Assembly (NCBI GenBank): GCA_002843035.1
Contig: PHEV01000003.1
Span: 7,890 to 71,889, forward strand
DNA: 64,000 bases
Reading direction: 5' to 3'
From: Actinobacteria bacterium HGW-Actinobacteria-5
GTDB lineage: Bacteria > Actinomycetota > Actinomycetes > Propionibacteriales > Propionibacteriaceae
The translations under genes and the position numbers were made by a program. Shown here in pieces: positions 36,387-45,224 of the stretch (position 1 is its first letter; the number at the start of each line of letters is the position of its first letter). Under the pieces are notes generated by a model. It saw only the letters and a program-made list of their open reading frames with translations. It had not been told where the DNA came from and made no database searches.

Positions 36387-37097
36387 TCACCGGTTCGTTG
36401 GGCCGGCCGGAGGGATCGTGGGTTCCCGGCGGAGCAGATGCAGCTTGCCGAACACAGTCCACTTGGTACCGATGACCCGCAGCCCGGGCATGTCGGCTTC
36501 GTAGATGGCGGCCAGCTTCGGCACCCGGGTGGTCATCGTGATGGCCACCCGGTGTCGGTCTGCTTCGGCGGCAAGGTGGGCGAAGACACGCCGCCGGAAC
36601 GGTGCGGCGACCCCGGCACCTTGGACGACTGCGTGGTGATCGGACAACTCCCAGGCTCCCCGCCGTGGGTGGACCAGCTGGGTGGCGGTCTCGTCGAAGT
36701 AGCCGACCAGCCATCCAACTCGGGCCATGGCCCACATGCCCAGCCGGACAATGAGCGGGCTGAGGACCCACCACAGGACGATGGCGTAGCCGACAAGCCC
36801 GGCGATCGCGACGCCGGCGAAGGCGACGGGATCAGCATGCAGCAGCATGGCGAAGCCGATCGACCCGGCCACGACGGCAACGGCCAGTCCCAGCCAGACC
36901 GCCTTGGCGCGGCCGGTAGCCAGGAGCCGACTGCGGGACGCGACGAGCATTCGTCGCCGGTTGGCGCTGGTGAGCGGCTGAGTGCCGGACAGCGGTTCAG
37001 GAGGCGGTGGCACGGTGATGGGGCGACGCCTCCTTCCCGAGGTGAGGTTCACCGAGTGGTGAGCTGGACTCTCATTGTTGCGGCTGGGTGCGGTCAC
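36387..37097 (-). CDS. membrane-anchored GNAT-like acetyltransferase (tentative)
   Basis: Two or three TM helices are followed by VVQGAGVAAPFRRRVFAHL, which matches GNAT motif A (QxxGxG/A). Confidence 0.55.
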   Translation of the reverse strand: MTAPSRNNESPAHHSVNLTSGRRRRPITVPPPPEPLSGTQPLTSANRRRMLVASRSRLLATGRAKAVWLGLAVAVVAGSIGFAMLLHADPVAFAGVAIAGLVGYAIVLWWVLSPLIVRLGMWAMARVGWLVGYFDETATQLVHPRRGAWELSDHHAVVQGAGVAAPFRRRVFAHLAAEADRHRVAITMTTRVPKLAAIYEADMPGLRVIGTKWTVFGKLHLLRREPTIPPAGPTNR

Positions 37098-37397
37098 GGT
37101 CGGCCCTCCTCATGGTGGAGCGGGCGTGCTCACCGAGATAAAGCGCGGCGACCGGAGCGTGTTGTGACACCCGGGTCGGTGTCCGGATCGCGGCACTGTG
37201 CCGGCATAAGGGGGAAGGCGGCGTGCCGGGCGCCCGTGCCCGGCGGGGGAAAGGCGGTGGTGGCGGTGTTGGATGCAAGCTCACTGCGCCTGGTTCGACC
37301 CGTGTCGGCAGCTCGGAAGGGGCCAGAATGGTTCGGCGACGTGTTGAGGCGCAGCCCACGCTGGAGGCGTGGTGGTTCGAGCCGGAGGAGGCACCAG

Positions 37398-37742
37398 TTG
37401 AACAGGTTCGGCAGGTTCGCGCTGGAGTCGTGGCAGACCCTGGCGCCGGCAGCGCTGAGCCAGATCCCGGAACCCAACCGGCACTTTTCGGAGCTGGGGG
37501 AGGAAGCCGAGAGCCAGTGGGCGAGCCTGTGGCCGCAGCTACTGGACCAGGACACGCCGGGGGAGGACTTCTTCACGAAGGCCGGCCGGGTCGAGGCGGC
37601 GAAGATGCAGGCCGAGGAGATGATCCGGGCCGACCTGCTGATCCCGCCGGAAGAGCTGCAGGAACCCGAGGAGGGGGCCGGGCCCGGACCGCTGAACGAA
37701 GTGATGCAGGCCTGGCGGGGAGTACTGGACGAGGACAGCTAG
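37398..37742 (+). CDS. small acidic hypothetical protein (TTG start)
   Basis: A strong SD ggaggagg lies 6 nt before the TTG at 37398. GC3 is very high in this frame up to the TAG at 37740-37742. This frame, not the giant-ORF frame, carries the coding signal here. Confidence 0.55.
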   Translation: MNRFGRFALESWQTLAPAALSQIPEPNRHFSELGEEAESQWASLWPQLLDQDTPGEDFFTKAGRVEAAKMQAEEMIRADLLIPPEELQEPEEGAGPGPLNEVMQAWRGVLDEDS

Positions 37743-40700
37743 CCACCGACCAGCCGACCCCGCCGGCTGCGGTCGGCCCGGCGTTCCGGCCGGCCAGCCA
37801 AGCGGACCTGGCACCGTCGGGAACGCGGGCGAGGTTCGCAGCGAATGTGGAGGCGCTGAGGACGCTGCGGGTGTTGCAGAACGCCGGCCGGGCGGCGACG
37901 CAGGCAGAGCAGCAGGTGCTGGCCCGCTGGGGCGGTTGGGGAGCCCAAGGTCTGTCGCAGATCCTCGATGACGACCGGGCCGAGTTCGCCGGCGACCGGG
38001 CCACGCTACGGGACCTGTTGTCGCCGGAGGACTATGACGCGGCTCGGCTGACCACGATCAACGCCCACTACACCGACGCCGCCCTGGTCGCTGAGATCTG
38101 GCATGCCGTACAGGATCTGGGCTTCGAGTCCGGCCGGGTGCTGGAGCCTGGCTGCGGGTCGGGGACGTTCATCGGTCTGGCTCCCACGGGCGCCGAGCTG
38201 ACCGGTGTCGAGCTGGACCCGACCACCGCGGCGATCGCCGCCTTCCTGTACCCGCAGGCGTCGATCCGGGCGGAGAGCTTCGCCGAGACCCGCTTCCCTG
38301 CGGGCCACTTCGATGCCGTCGTCGGGAACGTCCCGTTCGGCAACGTGGTGCTCCACGACCCGCGCTACAACGCCCGCCGGCTGGCGATGCACAACCACTT
38401 CATCGTCAAGTCGCTGGAGCTGGCCCGGCCCGGCGGTCTGGTGGCCGTGCTCACCTCGAGGTACACGATGGACGCCACGAACCCGTCCGCACGCCGAGCC
38501 ATGGCCGAGCTGGGCGACCTGGTGACGGCCGTCAGGCTCCCCTCGAAGGCGCACTGGCGGGCGGCCGGCACCGAGGCGGTCACCGACCTGCTGGTGTTCC
38601 GCCGGCGCGAACCAGACCGGCAGCCGGCGGACCAGCGCTGGATCGTCACCAGCCCGGTGCAGGTGCCCGGGCCGTCCGCGGAAGAGGAAGTACGGGTCAA
38701 CGAGTACTGGCAGCTGAACCCCGACCACGTGCTGGGCAGCCCAGCGGTGGAGATCGGCATGCACGGAGTGCCAGGGCTGACGATCACCGCAACCGTGCCG
38801 CTGGGCCAGGTGCCCGGCCAGCTGCGGGACCGGCTCGGCGCCGACACGCAGGCCGCCGTAGCCCGCGGCCTGTTCCTGTCGGCCCGGACAGGGGAGCAGG
38901 AGTCTGCCGTGGCCGGCTGGGTGCCGGCGGTGAGCGGTACGGTCGACGGCCAGCTGGTTGCCCGCAACGATGGCAGCTTCGCCGTCGTCGAAGACGGCGG
39001 CGAAGTGCCGATCAATGTGCCCAGGACCCAAGCGGGAGAGGTCCGCGCACTGCTGCAACTACGCGACCAGGCGCGCGCCCTGATCAGTGCGGAGGCCGCC
39101 ACACTGGACGACACCGCGGCCCTCGACACGGGCCGGGACCAGCTGGCGACCTCCTGGCGGACCTACGTGGGCACGTGGGGGCCGATCAACCGTTACACGC
39201 TGCGCTCCACCGGCCGCGTTGATCCCGACACCGGTGAGGCGATCCAGTCCCGGGTGACGCCGCCCGCGGTGCGGCTGGTGACCCGTTCAACGTTCGGCAC
39301 CGTCGTCGCCGCCCTCGAGGTGTTCGACGACCTCACCCAGACCGCCGAGCCGGCCTCCCTGCTGCGGCACCGGCTGATCGTGCCCCGACAGCCCGTCCAG
39401 GGCGTGGAGACCGCAGCCGACGGGCTGGCGGTGGTGCTCGACAGGCTGGGCAGGGTCGACATCGACGAGATCGCCCGGCTGATGGGGGTAGGGCGTGACC
39501 AGGCGATCGCCGAGCTGGGCGAACAGGTGTTCCAGGTGCCCGGCACGGACGAGGGGTGGCAGACCCGGGCCCACTACCTGTCGGGCAACGTCCGGGAGAA
39601 GCTCCAGGCCGCCCAGGCGGCGGAGCTGGCCGAGCCGGGCCGCTGGCTGCGGCAGATCGCCGCCCTGGAGCAGGTCCAGCCTGAACCGATCGGCGCCGGC
39701 GACATCACCGCCCGGCTCGGCGCGGTGTGGATCCCGGACACCGACCACGAGCGGTTCCTGGCGGAGCTGCTGAACGATCGGCACCGGCAGGTGAAGGTGG
39801 TCCAGCTGTCGGGGTCGGACTGGGAGGTGAAAGGACCCTCGTGGGGCGTGGAGGCCACCAAGGAGTGGGGGACCGACCGGATGCCGGCCCACCGGCTGAT
39901 GGGGGCCCTGATCGCGCAACGGCCGATCGTGGTGCACGACACCTTGCCGGACAAGACGCAGGTGCTGAACCCGGCCGAGACCGAGGCTGCCCACGAGAAG
40001 GCCCGGCTGATGCAGGCCCGCTTCAACGACTGGATCTGGGAGGACCCCGCACGTGCGTCCCGGCTCCTGGTCGAGTACAACCGGCGCTTCAACAGCGTGG
40101 TCCTGCGCGACTACACCTCTGAGGGGGAACAGCTGACCTTGCCGGGACTCACCAGGAGTTTCACGCCACGCCAACACCAGCGGACGGCGGTGGCGCGGAT
40201 GATCAACGAGCCGTCGGTGGGCCTGTTCCATGAGGTGGGTGCCGGAAAGACGGCGGAGATGATCATCGGGGTCACCGAACTGCGCCGGCTGGGCCTGATC
40301 CGCAAGCCGGCGATCGTCGTGCCGAACAACATGCTGCTGCAGTTCGCCGGCGACTGGCTGCACCTGTACCCGCAGGCGAAAGTGCTGGCGGCCTCCGTCG
40401 ACGACTTGTCTGCCGAGAACCGGCGCCGCTTCGTGGCCCAAGTCGCCACCAACGACTGGGACGGGATCGTGATGACCCGGACCGCGTTCGAACGGCTGAG
40501 CCTCACCCCGGAGAACGAGGCCGCCTACCAGCAGCGTGAGCTGGCTGAGGTGCGTGAGCGGCTGGAACGGGTGAAGGCCGCCAAAGGGGAGACGAGCGGC
40601 ATCAAACGGCTGGAGAAGGCGATGCTCAGCGCCGAGGAACGGCTCAAGGCGATGCGCGACGTCAAGGCCGATCCCGACCTGCACTTCGAGTACACCGGCA

Positions 40701-42757
40701 TCGACTACCTGGTCGTCGACGAGCTGCACCACTACAAGAACCTGGCCACCGTCTCCTCCATCCCTGACGCGAACATCGCCGGCTCGAAACGTGCCGCGGA
40801 CCTGCACGCCAAGGTCGACTACCTGCGCCAGACCAACGGCGACCGGGTGATCACCGGCGCCACGGCCACCCCGCTGGCCAACAGCATCACCGAGATGTAC
40901 GTGGTGCAGCGCTACCTCGACCCCGACGGCTTGGTGAGGGCCGGCATCCACGACTTCGACTCCTGGGCGGCCACCTTCGGCGAAGTAGTGACCGTCCCCG
41001 AGCTGGCCGTCGCCGGCGACGGCCGGTTCAAGGTGAAGTCCCGCTTCGCCAGGTTCACCAACGTCCCCGAACTGCTGGCGATGTTCCACGCCTTCGGCGA
41101 CGTGAGAACCGCCGCAGACCTCGACCTGCCCCGGCCCATGATCGAAGCCCGGCCGGACGGCCAGCGGTCCCCCCGGATCGTCCTGGTGCCACCCAGCGAC
41201 GACCTGCTCGCCTACATCGCCCAGCTCGGCGAGCGGGCAGACCTGGTCAGCCAGGGCGCGGTCGACCCGACCGAGGACAACATGCTGAAGATCAGCAGCG
41301 ACGGCCGCAAGGCCGCCCTGTCAATGAGAATGGTCGACCCGGGCAGCATCGACAACGGCAAGATCGACGCGGCCGCCGACGAACTCGCCCGCGTCTGGGA
41401 ACGAACCCGAGGCAACCGCTACACCGACCCGGACACCGGGGACGAGTCCCCGATCCCAGGCGCCCTGCAGATCGTGTTCTGTGACCTGGGCACACCGTCG
41501 GAACGGTGGAACGCCTACCACGCCCTCAAGGACGCTCTCATCGCCCGCGGCCTACCGCCCAGCACGATCCGGTTCATCCACGACGCCAAGAGCGACGCCG
41601 ACAAGGCCAAGCTGTTCGCCGCCTGCCGCGCCGGGCACGTGTCGGTGATCGTCGGCAGCACCGAGAAGATGGGCACCGGGACGAACATCCAGCACCGGGC
41701 GGTGCACCTGATGGATCTGGACGCACCGTGGCGGCCCGCCGACGTCGCCCAACGCCACGGCCGGATCCTCCGCCAAGGAAACAGCCATCCCGAGATCGCC
41801 ATCACCCAGGTCGTCACCGAGAAGTCCTTCGACGCCTACATGTGGCAGACGCTGGAACGCAAAGCAGCCTTCATCGACCAGATCATGACCGGCCACGGCG
41901 TCAACCGCAGCACCGGCGACATCGGCGACGCCACCCTCAACGCCGCCGAAGTCAAGGCGCTGTCCTCGGGCAACCCGCTGCTGCTCGAACTTGCGGTCGC
42001 CGAACAAGACCTTGCCCGGCTCACCCGGCTGGAGAAGGCTCACGCCACCACTGAACGCACCCTGGTCACCACCCTCAACCACTCCGAGCGTGGCCTGGTC
42101 ACCACCCACGCCAGAATCGCCGACCTCGAACAGCTGGCAGCCAGAACCGTGCCGACCAGCGGCGACATGTTCACCATCACCCTCGCAGACGGTCAGGTGA
42201 TCACCGACCGCGCAGATGCTGCCGTGGCGCTGGATCGGGCCCTGCTCAGGCTGACCGGCTATGAGACGCCGGCATGCACCCTTGGCGGTCACCCGATCAC
42301 CGCAGTCGGCACGGTCGGCTACGACAAGCACGGCGCGATGTGGCACAACACAACGTGGCGGATCGCCGGCGATCACGGCGTCGAGACGGTCACCAGCTAC
42401 CAGGCCGGAACCACGGCACGCCGCGTCGAGCTGGGTACGATCGCCCGCCTCGAGCATCTGGTGGCCAACATCGGCACCCACGCAGAGCAGGCCCGCCGCC
42501 ATGCCGCCGAGCTGGAGCACACCATCACCCAGGCCAGGCGGGTGATGGGCAAGCCGTTCAAGCACGCCGCCGACCTGGACGAGGCGCGGCGCCGTTACAC
42601 GCAGCTCACCTCGACGCTGGCCGAAATGCAGCAGCAGCCGCAGGCAACCGGCGCCGATGAGCCGTCCCGGTGGGAGCGGGTCACCGTCCCCGCCCGAGCC
42701 AGCCAGCGGCCGGAGCCCCCAGCCTCCACCCCACCGTCAGTGAGCCCAGGACTGTGA
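37529..42757 (+). CDS. giant N6-adenine methyltransferase / SNF2-type helicase fusion (conjugative-element anti-restriction type); true start unresolved
   Basis: The MTase part has VLEPGCGSGTFIG (motif I) and VGNVPFG (motif IV). The helicase part has LFHEVGAGKTAEM, VVDELHHYKN, GSTEKMGTGTNIQ and QRHGRILRQGN. The coding signal in this frame starts near 37745. The nearest upstream canonical starts are GTG at 37517 and 37529. Confidence 0.85.
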   Translation: MAAATGPGHAGGGLLHEGRPGRGGEDAGRGDDPGRPADPAGRAAGTRGGGRARTAERSDAGLAGSTGRGQLATDQPTPPAAVGPAFRPASQADLAPSGTRARFAANVEALRTLRVLQNAGRAATQAEQQVLARWGGWGAQGLSQILDDDRAEFAGDRATLRDLLSPEDYDAARLTTINAHYTDAALVAEIWHAVQDLGFESGRVLEPGCGSGTFIGLAPTGAELTGVELDPTTAAIAAFLYPQASIRAESFAETRFPAGHFDAVVGNVPFGNVVLHDPRYNARRLAMHNHFIVKSLELARPGGLVAVLTSRYTMDATNPSARRAMAELGDLVTAVRLPSKAHWRAAGTEAVTDLLVFRRREPDRQPADQRWIVTSPVQVPGPSAEEEVRVNEYWQLNPDHVLGSPAVEIGMHGVPGLTITATVPLGQVPGQLRDRLGADTQAAVARGLFLSARTGEQESAVAGWVPAVSGTVDGQLVARNDGSFAVVEDGGEVPINVPRTQAGEVRALLQLRDQARALISAEAATLDDTAALDTGRDQLATSWRTYVGTWGPINRYTLRSTGRVDPDTGEAIQSRVTPPAVRLVTRSTFGTVVAALEVFDDLTQTAEPASLLRHRLIVPRQPVQGVETAADGLAVVLDRLGRVDIDEIARLMGVGRDQAIAELGEQVFQVPGTDEGWQTRAHYLSGNVREKLQAAQAAELAEPGRWLRQIAALEQVQPEPIGAGDITARLGAVWIPDTDHERFLAELLNDRHRQVKVVQLSGSDWEVKGPSWGVEATKEWGTDRMPAHRLMGALIAQRPIVVHDTLPDKTQVLNPAETEAAHEKARLMQARFNDWIWEDPARASRLLVEYNRRFNSVVLRDYTSEGEQLTLPGLTRSFTPRQHQRTAVARMINEPSVGLFHEVGAGKTAEMIIGVTELRRLGLIRKPAIVVPNNMLLQFAGDWLHLYPQAKVLAASVDDLSAENRRRFVAQVATNDWDGIVMTRTAFERLSLTPENEAAYQQRELAEVRERLERVKAAKGETSGIKRLEKAMLSAEERLKAMRDVKADPDLHFEYTGIDYLVVDELHHYKNLATVSSIPDANIAGSKRAADLHAKVDYLRQTNGDRVITGATATPLANSITEMYVVQRYLDPDGLVRAGIHDFDSWAATFGEVVTVPELAVAGDGRFKVKSRFARFTNVPELLAMFHAFGDVRTAADLDLPRPMIEARPDGQRSPRIVLVPPSDDLLAYIAQLGERADLVSQGAVDPTEDNMLKISSDGRKAALSMRMVDPGSIDNGKIDAAADELARVWERTRGNRYTDPDTGDESPIPGALQIVFCDLGTPSERWNAYHALKDALIARGLPPSTIRFIHDAKSDADKAKLFAACRAGHVSVIVGSTEKMGTGTNIQHRAVHLMDLDAPWRPADVAQRHGRILRQGNSHPEIAITQVVTEKSFDAYMWQTLERKAAFIDQIMTGHGVNRSTGDIGDATLNAAEVKALSSGNPLLLELAVAEQDLARLTRLEKAHATTERTLVTTLNHSERGLVTTHARIADLEQLAARTVPTSGDMFTITLADGQVITDRADAAVALDRALLRLTGYETPACTLGGHPITAVGTVGYDKHGAMWHNTTWRIAGDHGVETVTSYQAGTTARRVELGTIARLEHLVANIGTHAEQARRHAAELEHTITQARRVMGKPFKHAADLDEARRRYTQLTSTLAEMQQQPQATGADEPSRWERVTVPARASQRPEPPASTPPSVSPGL

Positions 42758-42758
42758 G

Positions 42759-42798
42759 CCAGGAGGGGACCTATTCCGCGGAATAGCCCCCCTCCTGG
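42759..42798. terminator. hairpin containing palindrome copy 3 (core 42772-42785)
   Basis: ccaggagggg (42759-42768) pairs with cccctcctgg (42789-42798) around CTATTCCGCGGAATAG. It begins 2 nt after the TGA of the giant gene (42755-42757) and is convergent with the 42812..43045 gene. Confidence 0.6.
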
Positions 42799-42811
42799 CC
42801 CCAGCTCGCGG

Positions 42812-43045
42812 CTACGCCGCGGGCCAGGTAGAGGCCGACCGTCCGTCGTCGTCGAGGAGGAGCTGCTCCTCGACCGGGGTCAGCACTTCCCATCGCACGA
42901 TGCGCAGCTCCGCAGGGATGTCCTTCGTGCGAAGGCACCGTCCCGGCTGCGCGAACGGCGCGACCAGCTGCCGCCACTCAACAGCCGACACGCACCGATA
43001 CATGGTGTAGTAGAGACGGTTGTCCCCGTTGTCCTGCGCCTTCAT
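42812..43045 (-). CDS. small hypothetical protein
   Basis: SD gaggtagg is present and GC3 is high. It is the only gene between palindrome copies 3 and 4. Confidence 0.6.
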   Translation of the reverse strand: MKAQDNGDNRLYYTMYRCVSAVEWRQLVAPFAQPGRCLRTKDIPAELRIVRWEVLTPVEEQLLLDDDGRSASTWPAA

Positions 43046-43330
43046 TACCTACCTCAACCCTTCCGGGCCGCCGTCTGGGGGCCCGTCTTCGTGGACTCCT
43101 GGCCTCGGCCCGGATGCCAGCTCTCGCGCAAGGCCGGATGCCCCGACCTCACGCACTCGACGGAGATCTATGCGCCAGCACCACAGGCCACCCCGATCCC
43201 CCGTCTGAACGGAAGGTGGACGGCGACCACGCGGAATCTCGCGGCTTCGGCGCAGCAATCTCCAACGTGGATGCGTGCGGGGACGCGGAACACCTTCGAA
43301 GGGGATCGGCGGCGCTGCGAAGCGGCCCGA

Positions 43331-43344
43331 TATTCCGCGGAATA
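43331..43344. repeat. TATTCCGCGGAATA palindrome copy 4
   Basis: Exact 14-mer in the divergent intergenic region between the 42812..43045 (-) gene and the HNH gene (43367, +). Confidence 0.95.
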
Positions 43345-43366
43345 ACGGCCACCTGACCGGGGGCTG

Positions 43367-43876
43367 GTGGCGCTGTCAGCGGCTGCTGCAACACTCGGTC
43401 ACGTGCATCCCGATCTGGCCCGCGCCCTGGCCGATCCGGGTGTGGCCCAGCGCTACCTGGACAAGGTCGTAACGATCCCGGGCAGTGAGTGCAGCTGGTG
43501 GATCGGCGCGATCAGCGGGGGCGGACACGGACGGTTCTGGGTCGGCGACAACCTCGTTGTCGTCGCTCACCGTTTCGGATTCGCCCTGGCCCAGGGACTG
43601 GAGGCTCTCCGCGCGGCGCCGCTGCTCGCTCACCGCTGCGACAACCCGCTGTGCCAACGAGTCCATCCTGACCACCTTGTCGCCTCAACCGCGGCACGCA
43701 ACCGCCAGGAATGGGCGATCCGCCGCCACGTCGCCGGGCTCCCTCTCAGCGACCCTCGTGGCTCACGGGGCCGGGCTGAGGCGCTACGGGCGCTCGTACG
43801 CCGCGACCCGTCCGGTGTTCTGGCGGACCATGCGCAGATGGTGGTCCGGTTCGGCGAACAGCGCCCGCTGTTCTAG
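43367..43876 (+). CDS. HNH endonuclease
   Basis: CSWWIGAISGGGHGRFWV...VVVAHRFGFAL...LAHRCDNPLCQRVHPDHLVASTAARN matches the HNH_3-type signature. Confidence 0.8.
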   Translation: MALSAAAATLGHVHPDLARALADPGVAQRYLDKVVTIPGSECSWWIGAISGGGHGRFWVGDNLVVVAHRFGFALAQGLEALRAAPLLAHRCDNPLCQRVHPDHLVASTAARNRQEWAIRRHVAGLPLSDPRGSRGRAEALRALVRRDPSGVLADHAQMVVRFGEQRPLF

Positions 43877-44031
43877 ACAGGGACTCCCAGATGTCCGCTG
43901 TCATCCCGTGGAACTCATCAGCGAACTGCTGAAGCGGCCGCTCGGCGAGGGGGCGATGCGCGCTCTCCGAGGTCCCTGATTTCGCTCAGATTCCCGGAAG
44001 GTGCGGCCACGCGTGCTGTAGCGTCGCGGTC

Positions 44032-45108
44032 GTGGCGAAGGCTTGGGACGCGACCAGAGCGTGGCGGTGGGCCAGCCAGACAGGGACGGGCCGCAGGGCC
44101 CTGCTTGCTGTTGCTGGATTCGTCGTCGGCGGTGCTGCGTTGTGGCCGCTCCTACCCGTCGCAACCAACGACTTCTCCGGCTCTGTACTTGCCTTTCCGG
44201 CAGATGCCGAGTCTGAAGCTGTTGTGAGCGTCAAGTATTTGCCGGACGACAGAAGTTCTCTCTCTGGCGCCCAGAATGGGGACCTGTCCATCGCGCTCAC
44301 CGACGAGTCCGACGCCGCTCGCGCGGCCGGTTACAGCCGCTGGTACCTGTACCTGCGCAACGATGCCCGCCTGACGAATCCGCAGATTGTGAATGGCGAC
44401 GGTCAAGTTGTGCGGGCGGCCGAGTACAAAGCGTTCAACGTGAACGACGATGACCTCATGCTCCAGGAGTACAACCTGGAACTGCCGAAAGGATGGACGC
44501 TTCAAGGGCGACCGTTGAAGTCCCCCCTGTCGACACGGTTCAACGAGGGCAGGATCAGCATGCCGGGCATGGCCACACCCGTTCCGACGGCGCAGGAGGA
44601 CGAGCGAAGCAAGGGCGGTGTGGTGTTTAACGAGGAGGCGTACATCGCCCTGATACCGCAGGTCAGAGAGCAGCAAGTGCCGAAGGGCTGGCTCGGCCGG
44701 CAAGCGCCCCGAACGACTCTCTTGGTCGCATCGACTGGACTGTCCGCGAACAGCGAGATTGCCGTGACCCGTTCCACCCCCGAACTGGACAAGGACAAGT
44801 GGGCGGATGTGATCGCCTGGACCTCAGCGAACCCGTTTCAGGCCAACGTGAACATCAGCTGGGGCGGCAACTCTCTTGCGAGGGACGTGCTGTTGTCGGT
44901 CACGTTCCTGTTCTTCGGCATGAGCCTCACCTTGCTGGCTGACGCTTTCGTCGAATCGCGACGCGCCGCCACCGTTGGTGTACAAGCCAATCGGCCTACG
45001 GCGGGAATGCTCGCGCAGGCGACGAATGACGCGGTGCGCACGCCGGGGAACAAGCCTGCGGCAACCCAGTGGCGACGCGGTGGAGGCAGGCGACGGAAAC
45101 GTCGATAG
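44032..45108 (+). CDS. membrane-anchored hypothetical protein (N- and C-terminal TM helices), lower GC
   Basis: Long ORF. Hydrophobic segments are LLAVAGFVVGGAALWPLL and VLLSVTFLFFGMSLTLLA. The tail is basic. Confidence 0.6.
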   Translation: MAKAWDATRAWRWASQTGTGRRALLAVAGFVVGGAALWPLLPVATNDFSGSVLAFPADAESEAVVSVKYLPDDRSSLSGAQNGDLSIALTDESDAARAAGYSRWYLYLRNDARLTNPQIVNGDGQVVRAAEYKAFNVNDDDLMLQEYNLELPKGWTLQGRPLKSPLSTRFNEGRISMPGMATPVPTAQEDERSKGGVVFNEEAYIALIPQVREQQVPKGWLGRQAPRTTLLVASTGLSANSEIAVTRSTPELDKDKWADVIAWTSANPFQANVNISWGGNSLARDVLLSVTFLFFGMSLTLLADAFVESRRAATVGVQANRPTAGMLAQATNDAVRTPGNKPAATQWRRGGGRRRKRR

Positions 45109-45224
45109 GGTGCTTCTGGCTGCTCGCCGTCAGGAGTCACTGCCAGACGGCGCAGCAGTCCACGCAGGTCCGTACGGCGGGGGGGGCGTCGTCCTCGATG
45201 AGGAGGGCGGTGAGGGTTACCGGC

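Noticed and set aside
36438-37397. 5' two-thirds of the 434-aa plus-strand ORF 36438..37742
   Set aside because: This part is antisense to the GNAT-like membrane protein gene and Gly/Arg/Pro-rich. Only the last 114 codons (from the TTG at 37398 with a strong SD) show a coding signal.
45179-45186. 8-G homopolymer as a phase-variation switch
   Set aside because: It lies in apparently non-coding DNA between a stop codon and the transposase stop. No ORF or promoter would obviously be affected.
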